Notes: generated by a model from the letters alone, not told the origin. Shown: positions 14,793 to 27,805, numbered from the stretch's first letter. The stretch: 54,811 bases of DNA from Polymyxa betae A26-41 (GCA_003693705.1 RBZT01000568.1:1-54811), one strand, 5' to 3'. Program-made: numbers and translations.

Positions 14793-15613
14793 TAGAACCA
14801 GATAATGACGATCAACGACGAAGGGATGGGGTGATGGGGTGGTGGTGTGTTAGGCCCGACGGGTCACACCTGCTAAATAAATAAAAACCAAGTTCTTGGT
14901 GAAAGAGCGCCACGGAGTCCGATATCCAAACAAGGCCCCGATCTGGTCACCATCCTGCCTTGTTGCTTGCACACTTATGCTGCCGCCAGTCGTCAAAATT
15001 CAACATGGAAGGATTCGGGTGCATCTTTCTGGAAGGTCTACGAGAGAACTCAGAAAGGATCTGTAGGCTGGATCCATTTGTTAGAAATCACCAACGTTAA
15101 ACTTAAAATATGATGCGTTAGGTGAAGCAATTAGCCAAAATATGTATTAACTATAGTCACGTTTGTTTGTTGTCTCATAAAGTTATGGGAATATTTATAT
15201 AAGGAAAACCAGTGTTGTATAGTTTCGTCTTTAATTTTCCACAAGTTTCACTTCCACAGCATCTGTGTTAACAAACACACTGGTTCACTTATTATGGGAT
15301 CTTCATGCATTGGGCGTCGTATGTGTTGGATTCCATTTTCATTTTTTTTTTCAAAAGACAGCTGATCGATGATGATTAGTTTCATAAGATCGTGTGCGGT
15401 AATCGCAATTAACGTTTATGGTTGTAAACTCAACTGTTGTAGTGAAAGCATGCATTGGCTGATATGCATGTATCTACATGGATACAAATTAGCTCAATAT
15501 CATGAATAATGTGAATAAGCTACCCCCACTACTTATGAGGTCACGCTCTGAACAGTGTGACATAGCATAGCACGTTACAACTTGGGGTCCCCTTTCAAAT
15601 TTCAATCCTTCAA

Positions 15614-17500
15614 ATGAATCCTGTTCAAAGCTTCGTCGATGCATTGCCCGATAATCGGATTGCAGAATGGGCCGACGACTTCATAGCTTATGCCTCAGTC
15701 GTCGGTCTGCAAATGGCCAACAAGATGGCGCCATGCACACTTCACCCATCACCTGTAATGGAGTCATGGCCGCACTGGAATTCTCAGTCTTATCCGATTT
15801 TGCAAGATTCCTAGTCGCCATTTTGAATTAGGCAAACATTTGGCACCAGTTTTCAATATTTTGTGCAGCCGTATTGAGCATCATCCTGATTTTCTGACAT
15901 CGACGTTATCGAGGTATATGCATCGGATTGTTAGACTAGTCAATCTGATAGTCATCAGAGTAAGTGATGCCGACGATTTTATTAAGAAACTTGTCTGTAT
16001 CTTCGAAATGACTCTCAAAGAGGGCTCAAAGCAAAAGGTTTTACTTGTTTTATCATCAGTGAAGATAGCTGAACGAATTTCAGTTATCCTTATACATTGA
16101 CAGATCTGATTATATGCTGCATAATGGATCCATGAAACAAGTCGAATTGAACACAATTTGCTCAGCCTTCGCTGGGCTTTCAGAGAAGCTGTCGGTATTG
16201 CACAGGTTTCTCGTCAACCGGGCTGGAATAACTGCCAGCCTACCTGTCAACAAGCCTCTTACCAATATTGCCAAGGCATTCACTGAGGTGATTCGACGGT
16301 CACAAGAGCAAAAGTACGGAAGCATATATTTGTAGAGGGTGTATATCAACGGTTCAACGTGGGTCTTTAGTGCTGTTTTGTTGATGATTGTGCAACCGAA
16401 TGAGAAAAACTCTGTCGATCAGCGACTTTTGGAAGTGCTGCTTTGGAAAAAGTAATTCTGTATTGTCTATCGCTTTGCTATGGTAAGGGGTTTTTTCAGG
16501 TACCATGTCGTTACAATTAGGCGCACCTTACAGCAGATCAGTGTCTCTGCAGTTCTGGAAGAGAATACACACTCACTGATTATGTAGCTATCATTCTATT
16601 GAATCTCATTGTTTTCTAATTGTGGATTAGCGATGGCAAGTACCGGGTGGGAGCTGCCTATTTTCGAGCTGGTTACACACCAAGAGATTACCCTTCCGAT
16701 AGTGAATGGAATGCTCGGTTGCTAATTGAAAAAAGTCGCGCGATCAAGTGTCCAACCGTTGCCCATCAGCTTGCAGGTACCAAGAAAGTTCAACAGGTGG
16801 ACTTCTGCTCAATCTGATTTTCTCGAACTCAGTCAAATAGCAGGCTTTATGCGTTCGTGGAGTTCTCGAAACTTTGCTTCCAGATTACCCTGAATATTGG
16901 GCCTTGCTTCGTTCGGTCTTCGCTGACCAGTGGGGATTCGATCCGAAAGAAATGCCAGCGAATCAAATAGAGGAAATCGTTAAGAAGGTAGAGATATGCA
17001 ATATCATCGTCCTGAATTGTGTACCAATCAACTGCATAGGCAGTGTCGGAACCTGAACTTTTCGTTCTGAAACCGCAGAGAGAAGGAGGTAATACACAAT
17101 CATATCGTTGTTTTGCTGATGATTACACTGACTCTGAATTAGGCGGCAATAATTTCTTCGGTGCCGAGCTTTCAAAAAAATTGCAATCTCTGGACGGTAA
17201 GCAGCGGCTTCAGTATATACTCATGGAGAAATTCCACCCACTGCAAAATCCGTCCTTGATCTTGAGAGACGGCCAGATGTCCAAAATAAATTCAGTGTCG
17301 GAATTTGGGTTCTTTAGCATATGGCTTGGGTATGGATCGGATTCCTCAACGAGTTCGATTAAACTTTGTTTAGGGACGGAGTGAATCCGCCTGTCATCAA
17401 CGAATATGCAGGTCATCTTGTGAGGACAAAGCCATTTGGCACAGATGAAGGTGGCGTCGCTGCAGGCTATGCTTTTCTCGACACAGCGATTCTCGTCTAG
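15614..17500 (+). CDS. GSS: Glutathione synthetase, eukaryotic type (multi-exon)
   Basis: [59 protein letters not shown] and EGGVAAG. Confidence 0.95.
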
Positions 17501-17525
17501 AAAACGTTCACAGTAAACCTGATTG

Positions 17526-19271
17526 TCATAAAGAAAACGTTATTTTTTTCTTTTTCAAGCGGCGTTCAATTCGCTGTCGAGCAGTTTTCCCGGAAGTCTT
17601 TTTCTTCTGGGCAACAACCTTAGTAGGCTGGATATCAGGTTGCGGGGCTGAGACGATGCTGGACCTTGTTGCAGGTTTGCATGTATTCTCTACTGATACC
17701 GCCTCGTTTGAAGATTTTGAAATTTCGTTGTGATCCTGTAAACCAAGCAGGATGTCACAACGTTGGATAGCTTCTTCCACTCGAAGGGAAAGACTTATGA
17801 CAATTCCGTATCTGAAAACGCTGACGTCAAATCCAAATGAGGTGCATACGTGCAAGAGTACCGAATCTGTATGCATCTGTTCCATAAAAGAGCTTTGGAA
17901 CGCTCGGTCTTTGCTGCTTTACGAGCACGCAAGAACACAGCTTTCTGTTGTTCAAGCTCAGGACTGTCTTAAGTAAATGAACCGGCTTTTTAGTTCAGCA
18001 TGGCATACCGTATAGTTTTTAGCAGCACACGATAATTTCCACGAATCTGGATCAAATCAGTTGGCCAGCCTCCAATGAAGTTGTTGATGATGTACAGTTT
18101 CAAACAAAGGTCGATTGTCGTCAGATTCTCTACTAGCCATACTTTGACTGAGTTTCAATTCCATCGAATAAGTCCCATATCTTAACAAAATTGCTATAAT
18201 CGCCAGAACAGCGTATCAAAGTCCACTAACCTTTCGTTGTTAAAATTATGATTCGATTCCCATTGCAGATATTCATCATCGGAAGATTCGACAGAAACGC
18301 TGACAGATCTGAGAACAGAGTCAAGGGGCGAAACAACCATTCAATTTGCTGCAATACGAGCCAGATTCAGACACGTTTTCAAAGTCATCAATAATCAAAT
18401 GTTGATCGTCGTTTTCAGGCAAAACGCAACGAGCAGTGTGCTTATCCGGATCTGGAACCAGAATTTGGAAGCATTGGTCAAGTTCGTAGAGCACGTCGCT
18501 GGCATAATCGGCCTATTGTACAAATTAGCAAACAATAACCATCAAGAAGAGAACTTTGTACTACTTTTGCTCTGAATTCATCTGATATCCTGGCCAGCTG
18601 GTCAAGAAGCTCACGCTTTCGAGTTTTGTGCAAATCTTCAGCGAGTTGACACTTATAACGCTTGTGAATATAACGGGGCAGAAACTCGGCAATCTTGCAC
18701 TCTGGTTGCTGTTCACACTTTTCCACAAATCGACCTAAGAAATTGTAAAAACGCATTCGGGTCTTTGCCGGTAACAACCTATTGCCAGCAAAGCTCGTTG
18801 CCTGATTAGCTCATGGCCAAGTATTGCTGCGCTCAAGAACTGATGAATGTGACAAAGAAGCAACGTTCGAAACCGCTTTACGTGCAGGAATAAATGCTCG
18901 GTTACAATTAAAGCCCTCCATTGCAGATGCAGTAGAGACTGAGTGAGTTCAGAGTCTTTTTCGGCTAGATCATCTTGCGAAATCTTTTCTTTAAGCGGAT
19001 GTAATAGTATCTGAAGGACATTCAAAAGATGGGGTGTCCTTTCTCCCACCAGACTCTGCAATCACAAGGTATGCATCAGTGCTTTACCAGAGAAGATGGA
19101 AAAGCCCCAACCCGGCGAACTATATGCAGAAGCTGGGACTCTGTTGTATTGCAGCGGATGGCCTGCTCAATAGTTTGAGCGACAAAGCTATCTGGAGCAG
19201 GACTTCTACTATGCATGAAATTAGTCCGATCATTAATAAAGTGTCATCTCACCTCTAGAATCAGTATTCAT
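17526..19271 (-). CDS. UVSSA-like protein (multi-exon)
   Basis: VHS-like N-terminus (EHLFLHVKRFRTLLL...IRQRALLAI) and basic C-terminal TARQRIERRLKKK. The exon chain is only partly resolved. Confidence 0.45.
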
Positions 19272-19354
19272 TCAAATAATATCGCAATCGAAAGAAAGTC
19301 TCATGATTATTTACTTATTATTATTTAAACAGTGGACAGGCTAGCATGTGAAAA

Positions 19355-20498
19355 TCAAACGATTTCGGAAGTGGCATCACCGGGTTGTTTGTAAGTTTGC
19401 TGACCAACGGGAAAGAATACAATCGAACTAAATTCGTTGAGCTCAGGTATTTGAAAAAGGGCATTTAGCAGAGATGAACTTTCAGCTTCTCCTAAATTCT
19501 TCGGCATCTGTCTCTCAAAAACATGGGCAAACTTCGGTAGAGTTCTACCAAATACAATTTCTGGACTGCCCTCGCCAGAAAAGCTCTCGTATACAGGTTG
19601 AAGCGATTCAAAAGCGACCTGCAAAGATGCGGTCAGCACAATGCCGATACTTTGACTTGACAGCAATTGAGCCAGCTCAGAGCACATCTGTGATAAAATT
19701 CGATCTGATTCCATGCCATTCAAATTCGGCATTAAGAATCTCGAGCAATCAGACAGAACCTTATTGTTAACTTGCTGGTAGATATCGTCCATCAGTACTT
19801 CGAAAGTTCGACGATCTACCATGGTTTGCATTCCGAGCGAGCTTGTCAAATTTAAGACAGAAGCACTCACGATTTTGGCCACATTTTCTGCACCTTGAGC
19901 ACTAAAGAACTGAATCATTCTGAGGAATTCAGCATTCGTTTGATGTTGTTGAGGATTGTTTTCCATACAAGCTGCATAACGAGCGGCAATACATAACTGC
20001 AACCTTAAGACCACACAGCTCAAGCAAACGCTATACAGAATAGAAATAGTTCGAGATATAACAGCAACTTTAAATTCATCCAGACGGGCTTCTGCGCGAG
20101 AATCTTCGTCAGATTTCTGCCTCAAACGATCCTTTAGGATATTGATAGCAAAAAACTGATCCAATTTGTCTCGTAACTCGACAGAAACGTGCAATAAAGC
20201 TAAACGAGCAGCATCACGAGTTTGTTCAAACTGATAATTAAGTCTAAACATCCAATTAATTTTCAAAAACACTCAAGGAGATTCCAAACCTCTCATTATG
20301 TTGTTTTTCGCGTTCAGTACTTAGATCCGTCTCCATCTGTCGTAATAGTTTATAGCTATTAGACAGTTCCGATACAATTGGAGATAATTTCTTATACAGA
20401 GTATATCCAGCGGCAACACCTGCAACCAGTCCTGCACATTGCAAAGCCCTTTTATGGCGGCTGGTCCAAGATCGCATCGAGGAGACCAGCTCCCACAT
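19355..20498 (-). CDS. PEX3: Peroxisomal biogenesis factor 3 (2 exons)
   Basis: N-terminal RHKR followed by hydrophobic GLVAGVAAGYTLYK; conserved ISRTISILYS...LRLQLCI. Confidence 0.8.
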
Positions 20499-21037
20499 CC
20501 TTAAGACCGCTGCTGCAAATGCGTACGGTTAAAACCGGACCTCTGAATCATTCTACAAGTTCACATAACCACGCAACTGCAGGCAATTGCAATTCGAAGA
20601 TTATCACAGCCAACGTTTATTAGACAGATGATTGCAGAGTGCAGAATCTAGGTCTAACCTCTAGCAAGAGAATTGCAATAAACAAATAGAGTAGGGGAAG
20701 GCTGCAGTTGTCCTTTTCCTTTGTGTGACTGGAGAATAATGTTACATGACACTGAAACCTACAAAGGTCATTTGACTGGCCAAACCACTGGTGCCAGCAG
20801 CATCACCCCACCACCCCAAATTTGACTATATTACTGGTGGGTCTTGTTGTGGTTTTTACCCTCAACAGACCTCCATACTGCTTCTCTAGGGCCCAGGGAG
20901 ACGATCATCACCATTATTATTGGACCTATTATCAAGTCCACTTGGGGCGTCTTCGCGCCCGTTAGGCGACAAAATTCTGCAGAACGGTGCCGGTTTTAAG
21001 TCGGCTACAAAGATAAGCAGCGCACCCGCTCTGTTAT

Positions 21038-22795
21038 ATGGACATTGCATTATTCGACCGCTATAAGAAATCATTTACTACACAACCTCGCTCTAAGATT
21101 CGGTCGAATCAAGTTAGCAATGGTCATGATAAACGGCGTCCATTGACCACTTTCCATAATGGACGTCCGTTAGCCTATGGTAGAGCTCCTAGAATTCGAT
21201 CAGGACCGTGTGTTGGGAAGCCGTCCAAGAACATGAAACAGATTCTGTCTTCATGGCAAGGACAAGGTTCCACAGATTCATCGACACCGACAATATTTCA
21301 ATTCGACGACGCTGAGAACGAAGATTACGTCAATTCACGATTCCGTTTTCTTATTCGGAATGGTCCAGTTGTGGACGAAGATGGTGAAGTCCCTTGGGAC
21401 AGGGTTGAACATGTACGTGTGCCAGCTTTTGATAATCATTATGCCTGTCCTATCTGTTTGGAACCTTTGGTAGCTGCAAGAATTACTCGATGTGGTCATA
21501 TATTCTGTTTACCCTGTATACTGCATCATCTTCATGAACGTCCTAAATGCAAATGTCCACTGTGCTTCGCTTCCATGGTTGAGGAGGAGTTACGATCGAT
21601 GGAATTTGTGCAGATCACGGCCGTTCATGTAAGAGATCAAGTTGAGATGTGTCTCTTAACCAGATTGAAATCGCATACACATCCTCAACCTGCTGATCCG
21701 AGCCGAAGTGAAATATTTAGCAGGTTCGTCAGAACCGATTCAATCGAGGAAATTGTGCAGCGAGAGCTCCGCGAACTTAAAGTATGATTTTGTTGCATTA
21801 GCTCGTTAGTCAACTTACAATGTGAAAGTCAGCTGCCGATTCATGCCAATGTCTGATAACGGCTGCATTCATTGGCAATGCTTTGCAAAGTGTGGAGTCC
21901 CGAGCGCTGCATTGGAATGGATCCGTTCATGAGGAAGCGCCTGAAGTTGTTGATAGATCTCTTCAAGAGCTACCTGCAGACGACATCTATTATTTCTATC
22001 AGAACTGTGATGGGTCACCTGTTTTTATGCATAGCTTAAATTATCGTTCATTGGTTGAAGAATATGGTAACGAATATCCGGCTATCATCAGTGGCAAAGT
22101 TCTCGAAGTGATGCAGGTACGCTGCCCTTAATTTTAAACAGCGATTGTCTTAGCTCTTGCTGTCAGTACGAGCAAACCGAAGATAATCGGCTGCGATTTC
22201 GATTTTTGCGACACTTGCCTTTATCTACAATCTTCTATATTGTCGAATTGGATATCAATGAGTATCTGTCCGAGCAGACCATTGAAAAATTTTCCGATGA
22301 AGCTAAGAAGCGACAGTTTGCTCGTGAAGAAAAGGAACGGCAAGAAGAACTGGCAGAACGGCGACAGAAAAGAAGAGCGGAACTCCTACAGCTGGAGCAT
22401 CAAACGTCGGCGATGCCGCTCTATAAATTCGATCCATACCCTGTGCCCGAAGTTGGCTCTATTGAATCCTTTCCATCGCTGGTTGTTGCATCGTTAAGCT
22501 TAAACTCGAATGTATTCTTATGTGTTTATAGTCGTCCACTCCCCCGTTTCAAGTCCTGACCAGCAGCTATCGCTCATCTAACATTCATGGTCTCCGATGG
22601 CCATCGCCTTCTCGTCAGCTTCCTGCCCAAATGCTGGAAACAGATATGTATTCTGATGACGACAATGAAGTTGACAAGGGCCAGCTTTTGCATTCTTCGA
22701 CCCCCCCTGATTGGAATACTATCGATTTCCAGATCACGACAAGACCGAAACAGAAAAAACAGAGACCCAAACAGAGAGCACAACAAACAGATTAA
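21038..22795 (+). CDS. RNF10: RNF10/Mag2-like C3HC4 RING E3 ligase (multi-exon)
   Basis: CPICL...RITRCGHIFCLPCILH...CPLC; YYFYQ..DG..VFMHSLN..L..EYG; RFRFLRHLPL. TAA at 22793-22795. The start is uncertain. Confidence 0.85.
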
Positions 22796-22984
22796 ACGAT
22801 TACATTCTTGCACGATAGCGATAATTTTGACGTACATACCCATTGCAGAATAGCCTTAACGAATTATGTCAGCTTTTTTGAAAACGTGATTATATTATTC
22901 TACTACAAAATGCCGGCTATTGCAAGCGAAAAGATCCTAATAAGCCAATAACGACTGATTTTACTGGATTGATTGAGATATAAC

Positions 22985-23446
22985 TTATTTCTTTCCAGCA
23001 ACGCCAACAGTTCGGCCACGACGACCAGTAGTCTTGGTGTGCTGGCCACGAACCTTCAGGCGCCAGTAGTGGCGGTAACCACGGTGGGCACGGATCTTCT
23101 TCAAACGCTCGAGATCCTCACGAAGCTTGGCGTCGAGGTGGTTGCAGACCAAGTGCAGGTCCTTACCAGTAAGACGGTCCTTGGTGCGGTTGACGAACCA
23201 GTTAGGGATATCAAACTGCATAGGATTGGCGAGAACAGCTCGGATCTGATCGATCTCCTCCTCGCTCAGTTCACCAGCACGTTTGTTCAGGTCGACTTCG
23301 GCCTTCTTGCAAGCTAAGTTGGAGATACGACGCCCGACACCCTTGATCTTGGTCAGGGCGTACATGATCTTGTCACGACCGGCTACATTTGTGTTCAGGA
23401 TACGCAGGATGTGCTGGAAGTCCTCTTTCTCCAGGATCAGAGCCAT
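22985..23446 (-). CDS. RPS18: 40S ribosomal protein S18 (uS13), intronless
   Basis: [40 protein letters not shown] and [13 protein letters not shown]. Confidence 0.98.
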   Translation of the reverse strand: MALILEKEDFQHILRILNTNVAGRDKIMYALTKIKGVGRRISNLACKKAEVDLNKRAGELSEEEIDQIRAVLANPMQFDIPNWFVNRTKDRLTGKDLHLVCNHLDAKLREDLERLKKIRAHRGYRHYWRLKVRGQHTKTTGRRGRTVGVAGKK

Positions 23447-23586
23447 GGTGGACGATAGAATGATGAACCAAATCCAGATGCGTCACGGAGTCCGGGATCG
23501 GACTATTAGTGCCGATGGCATATATCCCATCAGATTTTGGCCTCATCGTTGCTTTCTTTGCTGCATTTTTGTCGTTGCAATTTGCT

Positions 23587-23829
23587 TCAAGCAGGTGGTT
23601 TTGGGATATGGATGGCTGTCTTTTGAATGTTCAATTGTGTATCTTGTGCTATGTATTTCAGCTTTTGTCTTGCCTCTAGTTCTGGGAATCGTAGTGAAAA
23701 AGAGAACCAACGGTATAAGGCAATTGCATCGTCGGTTGTTTTTGCTTTAGCTTCCAGGTTTTTTGTCGCTGATGCGTTTTCTTCAGCAATCTTACTGTGC
23801 AACCTGTCTGGAGAAATTGCCATTTTCAT
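23587..23829 (-). CDS. Small hypothetical ORF or exon, possibly part of a spliced gene
   Basis: 80-aa ORF with helical, charged composition. No motif recognised. Confidence 0.25.
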   Translation of the reverse strand: MKMAISPDRLHSKIAEENASATKNLEAKAKTTDDAIALYRWFSFSLRFPELEARQKLKYIAQDTQLNIQKTAIHIPKPPA

Positions 23830-24162
23830 TCGTGAAGTCGTAACTCACTATATCCATGGGCTGTGCATCTCTGTCTACAGTCACTTGAACCATCATGAAG
23901 TTGGGCATACATATTATTCCGGACTCTAAGTTCTGGTAAAGGTATCAACAGCATTTCAAATGAAATTTAGTAACTGTCCATATGCAATGGCATAAAGAAT
24001 CACTTTCTTCAGTGAGGATATAGTTGGAGGAGGAGAGCAATAAGCGTTACAACAGTAATCTGTATTCCCTACTTCACTGACTTTACTGCATTCCAAAAAT
24101 AAAAAACTAATCCATGAAAATTTATGGAAGTTTGAACCAACAACTGCTAGGGAATATAATCC

Positions 24163-26691
24163 CTAATTTTCGGATTTCAGCTCAGCTCGCGAGGTCAGCT
24201 GAGCTTTCAAACTCAATATCGGGTCTCTTCGAGGATATCTTCTAGGCGCTTGATAGTTCGGGTATTCTGGTGCTATTAGGTGCGGCACCTTTGTCGTAGT
24301 TGTCGGTAATTCTGGAGCAGCCGAAGTTTCTGGAGATGTAGTTTCTAGTTTGCTTGTAGAGAAGGGAGGACTAGTCACTGGATGAATAACAGTACTGGGA
24401 GCATTCGTAGTGCTTGCAACAATGTCAGGACTGGTCGTGATTGCAGGTGATATATCAGCAGTTGTCGTGGCGGTCGGAGCAGAATCAGAATTGTGCTGGC
24501 TTGTCTGAAGCCTAGTTCCTACGTTGCTGGCAGTAGCTGGGAAGCTACTCACTGGGCGAATGCGAGTTGTTGTCGAAGGGCTTGCAGAGTTGTCAATAAT
24601 GTCTGGGCTTGTAGTTAACGTTGGAGCTGCTGAAACATCGGGATTTGTTGTCGAGGGGGCATCAGAGCTGTCTGGACTAGTTGTGTGCGGCAGCTCTGCT
24701 CGAGTTGTTGCCCAAAGGAAACTTGTGATTGCTGGGGTCGTAGTTGCCATATTACTAGTAGTCGCAGGCGGGCTAGTTACTGAACGAGTCTGAATCGAAA
24801 TTGTAGGGTTTGCAGAATTGTCTGGAGTTGTAGTTGTGGAATCGGGACTCGCCGTTGAAGGGCCAACAGAGTCATCTGGGCTGGTAGTTGATGGAGCGTC
24901 TGAACTACTGCGACTTGTTGTCCACGATAAAGTTGTAAATGCAGGGATATTAGTGGCCTGATTGCTTGTAGTAGCAGGCGGACTAGTCACTGGCCGAATG
25001 TGATTTGTGGTTGGAAAAACTGGTGAGCTTGCCGAAGTATCAGGACTCGTGGTTATTCCTGGAGCAGTGGTAGTATGTGGACTTGTTGCTGCAGCAGTGG
25101 TTCCATCTGGAGCCGTAGTTGCAGCAAACTCCGAACTTTCCGGGCCTGTAGTCCGAGCAAACGTTGTAATGGCAGGAGGCAACGACGTTGCGAAGGCGGT
25201 AGTTGTTGGAGAACTAGTCACTGAACAAAGATGAGCGGTGATAACGGATATAGTGTTGGACAAACCGATTTGTGAAACAGTTGAGACCTGCGGAGTCTGA
25301 GTGACAACAGAAGATGTCGCTTCTGGACTTGTAGTTACTGGGAAATGTGTTTCACCTGAGTTTGTGGTAAACGGTACAGCTGAATTTGAAACAGAAGACG
25401 TTCCGGCCGTAGTTTGAGTATTTCTCGTGTTTTGCATGGTTGCAGATGAAGATGACGAAGACGAAGAACTCGCTAATCAGGAAATTATTAAACAGATGCA
25501 ACGTCGCAGCAATACCCTTACCAGTAGTCTGCATAGCTTGGGATGACTTCAAAAGTGTTTCTAATGAAGGTCGCCTTGTGCGGGAAGGGCTTGAATCCGA
25601 CGTGTGTTTGCTGTGCAAAGAGGTTGGTGTACAATTCTTGGACAAAGGGGCTGGTGTAGGATTTTTATGCACAGGTGCAGGTGTAGGATTCTTATACACA
25701 GGTGCTGGCGTAGGATTCTTATGCCCGGGCGCTGGAGTAGGCTTCTTATTCAAAGGTGCCGGCGTAGGATTCTTATACACAGGTGCTGGCGTTGGGTTCT
25801 TATGCCCAGGCGCCGGAGTAGGCTTCTTATTCAATGGTGCTGGCGTATGATTCTTATACACAGGTGCTGGCGTTGGATTCTTATGTCCGGGCGCTGGAGT
25901 AGGCTTCTTATTCAACGGTGCTGGCGTAGGATTCTTATAAACAGGTGCTGGCGTTGGGTTATTATGCCCGGGCGCTGGAGTAGGCTTCTTATAGGGTGCT
26001 GGAGTAGGATTCTTATGCCCGGGCGCTGGAGTAGGCTTCTTATTCAACGGTGCTGGCGTAGGATTCTTATACACAGGTGCTGGCGTTGGGTTCTTATGCC
26101 CGGGCGCTGGAGTAGGCTTCTTATTCAAAGGTGCTGGCGTAGGATTCTTATACACAGGTGCTGGCGTTGGATTCTTATGCCCGGGCGCTGGAGTAGGCTT
26201 CTTATTCAAAGGTGCTGGAGTAGGATTCTTATTGACAGGTGCTGGCGTTGGATTCTTATGCCCGGGCGCTGGAGTAGGCTTCTTATTCAAAGGTGCTGGA
26301 GTAGGATTCTTATACACNNNNNNNNNNNNNNNNNNNNNNNNNNNNNNNNNNNNNNNNNNNNNNNNNNNNNNTTATGCCCGGGCGCTGGAGTAGGCTTCTT
26401 ATTCAACGGTGCCGGCGTAGGATTCTTATTGACAGGTGCTGGCGTTGGGTTCTTATGCCCGGGTGCTGGAGTAGGCTTCTTATTCAGTGGTGCAGGCGTA
26501 GGATTTTTATACACAGGTGCTGGCGTTGGGTTCTTATACAACGGTGCTGGAGTGGGATTTTTATGCACAGGTGCTGGTGTAGGATTCTTATACACTGGAA
26601 CTATGTTTGGATACCCGAGATCGGCTAATATGAAAACAGGCTGTAAGCTTCCTACAATCGCTGTTAATGCAGCATAATGCAGGAGCTTCAT
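24163..26691 (-). CDS. Secreted proline-rich repeat / Thr-Ser mucin-like protein
   Basis: Signal-peptide-like MKLLHYAALTAIVGSLQPVFILA, then 9-aa repeats across an in-frame 54-N gap. A GT-AG intron at 25473-25521 joins them in frame (T-A-SSSS) to the 424-aa Thr/Ser/Pro ORF. The 3' end may extend further. Confidence 0.8.
25640..26600 (-). repeat. Coding tandem repeat, 27-bp unit with 81-bp higher-order period
   Basis: Units encode PVYKNPTPA, PLNKKPTPA and PGHKNPTPA in recurring triplets. Confidence 0.95.
26318..26371. other. Assembly gap (54 N) inside the tandem repeat
   Basis: N run; the true repeat number is unknown. Confidence 0.99.
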
Positions 26692-27034
26692 TGCACGCTA
26701 TTGGCAAATGACGATATCCACATTCGCTAGTGATGCCTGATCACTTGATCGGCACGTGTCGATAGAAGTTTACGCGTTGATATCTTGACGATATTTCTCC
26801 TGAGGAGATTGATTTCCACCAGAAAGTTGCTTCTATTGCAATATTAAATTAGATTGTTAGACGAATTAGATTGCTATGCGTCACCAGATATTGAGAAACG
26901 AAAGCAATTCAGATTCAAGACAAAATCGATATTTGGACTCTTTGCGTTTGCTTTGGCAACGTCGTGGTTCCATTTCCCTTCAAACCAACCGAACCCTGTT
27001 TAAACACAGCTGTTATGGTAGTTTCCTTTGCATC

Positions 27035-27245
27035 TTGTAGCGAATCCAGTTGGACAGGCAGATCTAACTTGAAGGCCAACCTACGGGAAAGCCTGTTTAG
27101 GGCGATGACAGAAGCCTAGCACTGTCAAATCCGAACCAACCTTGTGAAGTCAGAGCCAGAAGTGAACTAGCAGAAACAGAAGGCAAGAAGGTAATGAAGC
27201 TGACGTAGAGTAACGTTACCCTTCGGCTTAATTGACGGCTAAGAC
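27035..27245 (+). mobile_element. Group II intron domain-I-like fragment, truncated (possible NUMT)
   Basis: Ordered blocks AACCTACGGGAAAGCC, GAAGCCTAGC, AACCTTGTGAAGT, GTGAACTAGCAGA and GGTAATGAAGCTGACGTAGAGTAACGTTACC recall subgroup IIB introns (recognised from memory, not searched). Stems TGACAG/CTGTCA and GGTAATG/CGTTACC are present. No domain V or RT ORF seen. Confidence 0.65.
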
Positions 27246-27805
27246 AATGGGAAGCAAATTTGGGACATTGGGATAGAGCTGGGTTTGTTGTTGGGTTGGA
27301 ACAATATTTCTGGCCTTTGTGGCTTTTTGTCTGACGGCAAAAATGTTGAAATGGAGAAATCCTACCGATGGCAATTCTACCCCTGTACTGATTCTCTATG
27401 GAATTAGATAACAGTTATAATGGCAAGTGGATTGGATTTGATTCAATATGGCTGGTTCGTTAACATAGACGGGCGGTGCTGCATCCATAGCACAAAGCCT
27501 GATGATGTACGCCGGCTTATCACCTTGTGATCTTCTGGTGCTCTTACTTGCATTTTCAGAGCTGGGAATTTTCTCACCCAATTATAATGGCAAGTTTCAA
27601 GACCTGCCTGGCGGGTTGGCAGTCCCCTATCCACGTGTGTATTAATCGCAGAATAATTTTTGTTGTAATCACAAACCTACCAGATTGAGAAGAATGAAAG
27701 CGAAAGATTTGAAGAGTCGGTGTTATGACATTCCTATACTGTACTGGAAGCGATGATGGTTTTGTATTTATACAGAAATGACTAAAATCCCGATTCCATT
27801 CTCGT

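Noticed and set aside
22973-23317. Plus-strand ORF opposite RPS18
   Set aside because: Antisense frame kept open by the codon bias of a highly expressed gene.
25640-26600. CRISPR-like array
   Set aside because: The repeats are contiguous with no unique spacers, they are in-frame coding sequence, and there are no cas genes.
25440-26677. Long plus-strand ORFs (GAGVGFL and RCWRRIL repeats)
   Set aside because: These are antisense shadows of the stop-free repeat. The minus strand carries the signal peptide and the intron.
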